Assembly: GCA_951406725.2 (NCBI GenBank)
Contig: OX597822.1
Coordinates: 32,178,001 to 32,242,000 of the forward strand
Source: Octopus vulgaris
Taxonomy: Eukaryota
Direction of reading: 5' to 3'
DNA: 64,000 bases
Position 1 is the first letter of the stretch. Every line of letters starts with the position of its first letter. Shown here piece after piece: positions 54,585-64,000 of the stretch. The position numbers and the translations under genes were made by a program. The notes under the pieces are model-generated. The model did no database searches. It worked only from the letters and a program-made list of their open reading frames with translations, and was not told where the DNA came from.

Positions 54585-54995
54585 TACTCTTTTATTCTTT
54601 GAGTGCGGCAATGCTGGAGCGCAGCCCTTAGTCAAACAAACCGACCCCATGATTTATTCTTTGTACACCTAGTACTTATTTTATCGGTGTCTTTTCACTA
54701 ACCGCTAGGTTGAGGAGATGTTAACACCCCAACATCGGTTGTCATGCGATGGTGGATGGGGACAAACACAGACACACAAACATATACATATATATATATA
54801 TATATATAGATAGATAGATAGATACATTGATACACGACGGGCTTATTTCAGTTTCCGTCTACCAAATCCACTCACAAAACTTTGTAGATCCGACGCTGTA
54901 AAGGAAGACACTTTCCCAAGGTGCCACGGAGCGAGACTGAATCCAGAACTATGTGGTTACGAAGCAAGCTCCTTACCATACAGCCACGCCTGCGC
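54585..54995 (-). mobile_element. Family A SINE
   Basis: Matches 63165-63561. Confidence 0.88.
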
Positions 54996-55377
54996 TCATA
55001 TATATATATATATATATATATCTGTGTGTGTGTGTGTGTGTGTTTGTGCGTGTGTGTATATATTTATATACATATATATGTATATATCTATATCGATATC
55101 TATCTATCTATCAATATATATATATATATATATCTTTAGCAGAAGCAACAGAGTGACTGTTGTTCATATGTTCATGTTGGTACTGTTAAGAACATGTACG
55201 CAACTAATTCTAAAAGATATTCCAATCCCTTCCTACAAGTAGTTCATATTATGTAAAAGAAACGAATTAGAACCAGAGAAGTGTGCACATGGAGCATGGC
55301 ATCCTGAGATAGAACAGAAAAATCACAGGGTGATATTTATTCTGGCAAAAAAGGAAAACAATCTTTTCAATCAATTC

Positions 55378-55577
55378 TTTTTATACTTTTATTTGTTTCA
55401 GTCATTTGACTGCGGCCGTTTTGCAGCACCACCTATAATCGAACAAATCAACCCCAGGACATATTCTTTGTAATGCAAGTACTTATTCTATCGATCTCTA
55501 TTGTTCGAACCGCTGTATTACGGGGACGTAAGCACACCAGCATCGGTTGTCAAGACATGGTAGTGGGACAAACACAC

Positions 55578-55617
<40 letters not shown>

Positions 55618-55978
55618 AAGTAGATGTTGGGGTTTTTAAATCAATGCTGGACCTCTTTCTATCGAGAGTCCCAGATGAACCTACCTCATGGCAAGAGGGG
55701 CAAATGAGGGTAGCTATATCAAACTCCATTCTTCACCAAATGCCCCATATTAGAGGAGACTCTTAGTAATAACAGTGTAGGAAAACGGCGGTGCATTAGC
55801 ATGGTCGCAGCTCTGAGCTGAAACTAGAGAGAAAATATATGTATATATGCGACGGGCTTCTTTCAGTTTCCGTCTACCAAATCCACTCACAAGTCTTTGG
55901 TCGACGCAAGTCTATAGTAGTAGATACTTTCTCACTGAACCCAGACCATGTGGTTGGGAAGCAAGACTCCTGCCACAG
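55378..55978 (-). mobile_element. Family A SINE interrupted by a LINE 3' fragment
   Basis: Tail half at 55378-55580, head half at 55850-55978. Confidence 0.85.
55617..55835 (+). mobile_element. CR1-group LINE 3' end
   Basis: KVDVGVFKSMLDLFLSRVPDEP...AISNSILHQ*, the FKxxLDxFLxxVPDEP C-terminal motif. Confidence 0.8.
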
Positions 55979-57861
55979 AGAGAGTTGACTGAATAGTGAT
56001 TGTCATGTCATATGATGTAAACAGAGCACTAAATGCGGAAGCTATGCAAAATCTGCGGAGTTTTATGCAGTGGATTCGCTGCGTCGCGTAGAATATCCCT
56101 ACCCGTTGAAGAGGGAACTTAATAGACTTGAGAGAAACGTAGATGTAAGAGGAATCAGATGTATTGTACGAAATATTAGAATGATCTGATTCAGACTAAT
56201 ATTTCGTATTGTTGAAAGGAATTTACAAAAACGAAAAAAGAAAAAAAGTACAAGAATTCGAAGGAATTTGAGATAGATCAATATCAATAACGATATGGGA
56301 AGATATGAAGTAAAATCTGACGCCTGGAATTTTAATGTAACGAAGAATTTGACAAAAGCACAGATTGTTACCAGACACAGTATTGTAGGAGACATATCCA
56401 ACCTATACAGGAAAACGAAAATATCATTATTATATAATGTTGCCGTTCCAAAGATATTGATTTCAAATTTTGCACAAGCCTAGAAATTTTGAGGGAGCGA
56501 GTAAATCTCGATTACTTCCACACCACTGTTAAAATGGTACTTATTTTATCGACTCCAACAGGTTGAATATACCTAGGCCACCTCGGCAGAATTTGACCTT
56601 AGAACGGAGAGACAGAGAAAAATGCCTCTAAGTTATTTGCCTGGCATGACTATTTGCCTAACGACTCTGCTAGATCATTCCAAAGATATTAGCATCAATT
56701 ATGCAAACTGAATTAATTAGAGAATAATTACAATTCTCTATTTATAATATCATCATGGTAATATGTTATTGTTACATAACATGTCTAGAGTCCTTCACTG
56801 TTATGGCTTCGCACGTGACAAATTGCCCATCAGTTCGATAAGTCCTTCACAAATCCGTATATGTTACCGTCATGACTTTTCAAGTGCGTGCATTCAAGGC
56901 AATAACCATTCGAAGTGCATAACTTGTTAGCACGTTTTTGAGCCTCATTACTTTTTCCTCTTTTTTGTTTTATCTATTTTGTTTCTCGCAAATCAATAAT
57001 GTCTGCATAAAAATTACTATAAACACTTTATCAGATTTCCAAGTTTTCTCTAAATCTGCAAGTGTCATTAAACCATAAACTTTAGAACCTTTAATAAAGA
57101 TTGAAATTACAGAAAATTACTTCATTATCTTTTGTATAATATTATCTTAGATGAAGAAGTAGAAAATAAAATGAAGTGGAAAGAATAAACATTTCCCGCA
57201 ATAATTTGATTTCGTGAGATCCGGCAGTTCCGTCAAGTAGTTACTCAGAATTATTCACTCTTTTCTCACCCTCTCCTTTTCTTTATCTCTTTGTACTCAA
57301 ATATACACACATATGCATATTTCTAAGCATTTAATATACATTAATATATATTACATTCACATACACTTACAAGCGCATATATATTTATATAAAAAATAAT
57401 ACCTATATACATATACACATTTAACCAGCCTTTCGGCTTCTAACTAGCGCCACGAGAACATCGTTGTCTTCGTCTGCCGAAAAAGGCATTTTTTTCCGAA
57501 TACGCTAGCTAAACTAAGTTGTAATGTCTATAGTCGTAAGACACCCGCTGTTTTTGTCCTGTTATTACTATTATTGTTTTTTGTATTTATATTCGTGTGG
57601 CATCGTCCTTTTTTCTGTCCTTGTTTCGTATACATTCGATCCATTTTTCAAGAAATCTAATGCTCGTAGCTTAGTTTTTCCTTGCGGCTGGCCGGATCGG
57701 AGCGATCTCAAGATTAATCAGCCGAAATTGCGAGGATGATCCGGTTCTTGACATATATATATATATGCATGTATATATATATATATATACGTATGTACAT
57801 AGATGCGTGTATATACATATGTATATATATATATGCTTGTATGTATATATATATGTGTATG

Positions 57862-57917
<56 letters not shown>

Positions 57918-58308
57918 GTGTTTACTTTTAATTCCCACACAAATGTAGCGATACAAAAACACATACACAAATATGCTGATGTAACTTTACCTACCTACAT
58001 TTATATGTGTATATCTATGTGAGCGTGTGAATGTATGGATTTTTGGCGTAATGAGATTAAAAGAAACAAGGCTGTGTAGATATTATAGCATTTATAGATA
58101 GGTCTTACAGCCGTTTCTAGAATATTAAATAATATAGAATATATTAATATCTACACACCCTTAGTTTTTTGATCTCATAACACAAAAAATTCCTATTTAC
58201 ACACACTGGCATAGAACCAACGTTGAACCATTTATTCGCAATATTACCGAATCTGGAACTTAACTATGACTTGTATATCTATGTGCATATATCGACGCCT
58301 TATTTATG

Positions 58309-58394
<86 letters not shown>

Positions 58395-59191
58395 CATACT
58401 CACAGACACACACACACAAACATATTATCGCTTTGAGTTTAAATTACTTGGCACTTATAGAGGAATCAAGAAACCCCTGAAAAATCCTACCCAGCTGCCA
58501 GTGTAAAAGAAATCTAAGAATTCACATTGTTGAACAGGATTGTAGGATAAAGTTACATGCGAGTATAAAAGGCTGATACAAACGAAAGTGTTAATTTACC
58601 CAGAAAGGCAAGATGAAATTATTCCTCAACATCAAGCTGAAATATACAATGAAAAATTTACTAATCAACTTCGACGAAAAGTCAGAAACTAAACAAATTT
58701 CTTAAAATCGATTAACATTCTGGGTAATTAGTTTAAGAGTACCAGGAAAAATTATGTATTCAGTTTCATTAAAATCTAACAGATGAATTAAGTCATTTCA
58801 TAAGATGATTTAATGCAGGCTTAGAAACAAATCTGGCTGACCCCTCTTTATGTGTGAATGCAGATATTGTATATTAAGACAAGGAGAATACTTTTATGTA
58901 TTACATAAAATATGGGCCAGCTTCGGTTGTTTTTATCCTATATTACCAAAGAACACTGAAACAAAACCAAATCAACGTGCTAGCAATTTATTAATTAAAG
59001 TGGCTACCGAGTGTGCGCCGTAACATTTCTATCAGTTATTCTGTTGTGTCTAAATCATTACCAATAATATGATTAATGTACAGAGACACAGTGTTTAATT
59101 TGTCTATAATTTGCGGAGTTGGCTAAAATCCTTAGAAATAGTTTGCAGTACAAAATTGCAGTACAGATTAAGATCCATCTTTATTTGACAG

Positions 59192-59314
59192 CCTGTCAGA
59201 AAATACTTTGTAATATTAAATAAAATGTCTTTGCTTTTCAATGAAAGCTGCATAAATATTAACAAGCATCGGAGAAAATTTGACATCAATGATTCTGTTA
59301 AGGTATACGAGCAG
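59192..59314 (+). other. Candidate isolated host exon
   Basis: tctttatttgacag| acceptor, 123-nt open frame with aaaATG at 59225 (MSLLFNESCININKHRRKFDINDSVKVYEQ), CAG|gtaaga donor; no homology recognised. Confidence 0.25.
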
Positions 59315-60312
59315 GTAAGATTTTATATCATAGATGTACTAATTTTTTCGAATCTGTAGGTACACGTCTATTCAGTGACGATTAACTGGATTCACACACG
59401 AAACATTTGGAGTTAAAGGAATTACAAATGTTTTAATTAACATAAATTATGTCTACAGCTATTTCGTTAGCACCAACAAATTATCACTTCTTTTTTTTTT
59501 CTGAGTATCTTGTGTGTGAAAATAGCGAGAAAAGAGTAATTTTTCTTTTAGATTTGAAAGCATTCAATTCAAATATTTTCCCTTACATGCATTAGTGGTC
59601 AAACATATATAGTTTCCATTGCTTAAAAGGCTGACAAATTATGATAGTAAATTAAGCGGAAGTTTAATTGCTCACAGAATATGGTGGGAGCAATGTCGAC
59701 ATAACATTATTCAAAGTACTAGTGAGCAGTGGCACAAATATATCAAAAATATTAGTAGAGTTCTAAATTGTTCAGGGTCCTTTTGCAGTACATTTGTATT
59801 CACTGTGCACCTTTCTTCTTCATCTGTCTTGCGCTGTCTGTCATATTTATGGTTCCTGATATAAATCAAATACAAGACCATGTTGACAGTCAGCGATAAT
59901 GAAGGAGCATACAGTTTTAAAAGAACATTTGACCAATTTATTACCAATTGTCAGAAAGAAATACCATGAAAGTTATCTCACTCTGCCGTGACACCGTTTC
60001 TGGTGAACGGCATATTTCCACTTTGGTAGAACTGACAACCAAATACACGCAGTCATTCGAAGTGTGACACATTATTAACAACTACAGATTTATTATGCTA
60101 AGTAACGTCAGCGGCGATATCAGCAATTCCAGGAGACTTTTGAGGACTGATATGTTTAATGATAATTTTGATTTCTATTTCAAAATTACAATTTTAAGAT
60201 TACAAGACGTCGTAAATTTCTTTTTTTTTTATATTAGTCTCATATATTGTAGTTTGACTATTAAAAATATCTATGAATGCTCTGTTCATGGTTTCAGAAT
60301 ACGTCCTGTATC

Positions 60313-60550
60313 TATTTCGTTATTGCCCACAAGGGGGCTAAACATAGAGGGGACAAGCAAGGACAGACACACGGATAAAGTCGATTACATCGACCCCAGG
60401 TCGAGACTGGTGCTTTATTTATCGACCCCGAAAGGATGAAAGGCAAAGTCGACCTCGGCGGAAATTGAACTCAAAACGTAACGGCAGACGAAATACTGCT
60501 AAGCATTTCGCCCGGCGTGCTAACGATTCTACGAGCTCGACGCTCACCGC
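60313..60550 (-). mobile_element. SINE family C
   Basis: Matches 41281-41514; short TSD cctgtatc. Confidence 0.9.
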
Positions 60551-60779
60551 CCTGTATCATTGATCATTGCTCTCTAATACATCATTGGAATTGAAAGGAG
60601 CAGTAGTGCATTAGCATGAAGCTAATGTTTTAAGAAGGTCTTATATAAACATTTTTTCTTATATAAACATTTTTTTTTCAAAGACCACAGGAATAGCTAT
60701 GAATATGCTCAACTGCCACACGTTATTCGTCATCCCTACCGTTCGTTAAATTCTGATTTATGGTAGTTCAGCAAAATTC

Positions 60780-60990
60780 TTGTCTTCAAATGTTCCTTTC
60801 CGGATAAATTAGAATTAAGCAATTTCTCATGTAATTTATGTTTGATGTCCAAGAGTTTAGATATTTCTGGAATATTTTCATCGAACCAATCTTTGCCGTT
60901 TACGTGACTTGAAGCACCAAAATATTGGCAGAGGTGGTGTAAACTTTTTTGTTTGAAGTCGGTTCATGAACCACTAGGAGGTGAATTACC
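60780..60990 (-). pseudogene. RTE/BovB-like internal fragment
   Basis: FKQKVYTTSANIL..KSRKR.DWFDENIPEISKLL. Confidence 0.7.
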
Positions 60991-61729
60991 AAAAGCTTTA
61001 CCATATTATGTAAATATTACTGTCTCGACCATTGTCCCCACGCACAGACACATGTACACGCACATACACACATACACACACAGGCACAGACACACACCTG
61101 CATATATGTGTGTGTGTGTGTATTGGTGCGTGTGTGTGAATGTTATCTGTCAATTTAGATTTATCTTATAATCAGGATTTCGATAAGTAATATAAAGTAT
61201 AATTTGTACTAAGCATGTCGCTTAGTATTGTATTGGATGTTTCTACGACGAAACAGAAATTACATTATTTATTGTGCCAAACCTACAGAATATATATGAA
61301 GACATGAATACAGATGGAACGAAATCTTTGGATTTGGAACATGTTACACAAACAGTTCGTTGATTTAAAATCGATATTTAGTGGAAGCGTGTTTTCTGTT
61401 GTTTTAGTTTTAGCGAATCCGGTTGTATGTTTCTTGTTTTTTAAGTGGAATAAATTATTACAAACTGTCCTATGACTGTAACCTACTTGACATAGAAGAA
61501 CGATCTATATCGTTTGTAAATCTGCTCTTACACTAACTGCCTGGAAATCTATCTTCTCAGCGAACTTTTCTCTTTAATAATTATATGCGTAGGTGATGTG
61601 TGTGTGTTTGTGTGTGTGTGTTTGTTTGTGTGAGTGTGTGTGTGTGTGTGTATTTTTGTGTTTATATGTTTGAGTTTCTGTCCATATGTGTATGCTCGTA
61701 AGTATGTTTAAAGTTTAAAACAGGGAAAG

Positions 61730-62182
61730 TTAAAGGTGCCTTTATTTCAATAATTTTTTAGGTTTTGTTAAACGAAGTTAAGGCAAAAAATAAAAACTTC
61801 TTGAGAAACCAAATAGTCTTTTCCTTCGTTCATGCCAAGTTTGAAGAAAATATTTCTTTTGCATCTTACATTTTTGATCTCTTAAATAAACTGCATTTTG
61901 TGGTATTATTTCAAGCCAGCCGGATTTTTTTTTGCGCAAACTGCACGTGCATTTTTCGCGCGTACGCGTAGTATCGATTGCAATAGCTGATGTACTTGCG
62001 CGTACAAATGCACATTCCCACGGCTTTATCGATCGCATTCTCACCTGGAATCGATTTTTGTAATTTTTTCAAGACTAATACACGCCCTAATACCGTCAGT
62101 ATCTACATATCAAATTTGAGCGCAATCGGATGGAGGATGCCCGAGAAACTAGAAGACACACACACACAGAACAGAACGGATT

Positions 62183-62190
<8 letters not shown>
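61730..62190 (-). mobile_element. Helitron-type 5' portion
   Basis: tatcaaatttgagcgcaatcggatg...cacacacagaac...ttttataata motif. Confidence 0.5.
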
Positions 62191-62221
<31 letters not shown>

Positions 62222-62226
<5 letters not shown>

Positions 62227-62372
62227 TAAAAACGGTAAAATAACAAAAGAAAGAAAGAGACCTCAATATTATGTAAATAGAGGAATTTATCTGTAAAATA
62301 ATATGTGACTATTATTCGGTAGCCAAGATATGAACTCTGAGTTTTGGATGCCGAGGTGGATCTCAACTCCGC
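62222..62372 (-). mobile_element. PLE terminal fragment, same family as 14990-15133
   Basis: Reverse complement ccacctcggcatccaaaactcagagtt...taccgtttttaccaata followed by (TA)n. Confidence 0.85.
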
Positions 62373-62676
62373 TTGACTACCGGTGTTGGTGTGCTTACAT
62401 CTCCGTAAATTAGCAGTCCGGAAAATAGACAGATGGAATAAGTATTATGCTCTAAAACGTTTGTCCTGGAGCCGGACAAAACCTATCGAGGCGATTCCCC
62501 AGCGTGACCACTCTCAAATTACAATGAAAATAAAAGATTCAAAATGCTCTAATGAGACACGTGTTCCCCTGAAATTAAAGTAATTACCAAATTTCCAATT
62601 TTGTTTTAATATATACTTATTCTGCAGTTTTAATTCATCAGAAATTTCATTTAGTATGGATGCCTTACTTAAAATG

Positions 62677-62749
<73 letters not shown>

Positions 62750-63164
62750 TATACATGTGCATTTGGTGACGGGATGTACTTCACGAGGATAGAACTTGAA
62801 TCATAACCCCTTCCATACAGTATATGTATATACAAGTATTCTAGAACTGTGCTTGTATATAAACATGTATATGTATGTAGATAGGTAAATAGGTGTTGGA
62901 TAGGTTATGACCGGAACGTCTCCAATCAAGCCTAAATGTAGTGTAGTAGTAATCTAATTGAAAACAATATTTTTGGTACATTATTCATTTTCAGGCACTA
63001 GGACTTTAAATTAGTACTTTTTGGGACGTAAAGTTTATATCCCGAATCATTTACACAGCAATCACGGAGCCCACATCATTTTTTTATCATTATTAACCAA
63101 GGAAACAGATTAGTACGAAGGTTTTGAACCCCTAATAATTATTTTCTCCAAATTTTATTTATAT

Positions 63165-63561
63165 ACTCTTTACTCTTTTACTTGTTTCAGTCATTTGACT
63201 GCGGCCATGCTGGAGCACCGCCTTTAGTCGAGCAAATCGACGCCGGGACTTATTCTTTGTAAGCTCAGTACTTATTCTATCGGTCTCTTTTGCCGAACCG
63301 CTAAGTGACGGGGACGTAAACACACCAGCATCGGTTGTCAAGCAATGCTAGGGGGACAAACACAGACACACAAACAAATACACACACACTTATATATATA
63401 CATATATACGACAGGCTTCTTTCAGTTTCCGTCTACCAAATCCACTCACAAGGCATTGGTCGGCCCGGGGCTATAGCAGAAGACACTTGCCCAAGGTGCC
63501 ACGCAGTGGGACTGAACCCGGAACCATGTGGTTGGTAAGCAAGCTACTTACCACACAGCCA
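63165..63561 (-). mobile_element. Family A CORE-type SINE (young)
   Basis: ggctgtgtggtaag...gggttcagtccc, CORE gcaccttgggcaagtg, tail ggcggtgctccagcatggccgcagtcaaatgactgaaac plus (gtaaaaga)n. Confidence 0.93.
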
Positions 63562-63747
63562 TTCATAATCAACGGTAATTAATGACTTGGTGAAGGGCGA
63601 CGTGCATGCAGAATACTAGTCACGTTGGGAAAGAGAAATTATAGCAGCTTAACAATACGTAAAGATGTTAATTTAACATGTAGTCCATGGAATGGTAAAA
63701 CGGAGCCCGTACAACTATATGATCTGTGAAGTAGTTCCTATTACATA

Positions 63748-64000
63748 TGGAGGCGCAATGGCCCAGTGGTTAGGGTGCTGACTCGCGGTCATAGGATCGC
63801 GGTTTCGATTCCCAGACCGGGCGTTGTGAGTGTTTATTGAGCGAAAACACCTAAAAGTTCCACGAGGCTCTGGCAGGGGATGATGGTGATCCCTGCTGTA
63901 CTCTTTCACCACAACTTTCTCTCACTCTTACTTCCTGTTTCTGTTGTACCTGTATTTCAAAGGGCCGGCCTTGTCACTCTCTGTGTCACGCTGAATATCC
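63748..64000 (+). mobile_element. Family B SINE running off the window
   Basis: Reverse complement of 47358-47611. Confidence 0.92.

Noticed and set aside
63748-63825. tRNA gene (also 36111 and 47540-47611)
   Set aside because: A and B boxes are present, but there is no proper acceptor stem and the sequence continues into a SINE body.

Overview
AT-rich, repeat-saturated eukaryotic DNA. The SINE families, the microsatellite density and the (TTAGGG)n repeats point to a cephalopod (Octopus-like) genome; this is inference. I find no intact protein-coding gene, and almost all ORF-track calls are microsatellite artefacts. The window holds many nested mobile-element remains: three tRNA-derived SINE groups with swapped modules; Penelope-like elements (PLE; GIY-YIG domains, inverted copies, degenerate minimal hammerheads); R4/Dong, RTE and CR1-like LINE remnants; Helitrons (one with a RepHel N-terminus); a mariner; and several MITEs. 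The most notable signals are: (1) four head-to-tail copies of a non-coding ~555-bp element, each separated by (TAA)n, inside an R4/Dong hotspot; (2) repeated local fold-back or templated copies that sit next to (TA)n runs; (3) an in-frame join of a LINE AP-endonuclease to a Penelope RT-thumb/GIY-YIG region; (4) two SINE-LINE shared 3' tails, one with a covarying hairpin; (5) a MITE with an 8-bp TSD that carries telomeric repeats; (6) a GC-rich RTE insertion resembling flatworm RTEs. All alignments and translations were done by eye, so coordinates may be off by a few bases.
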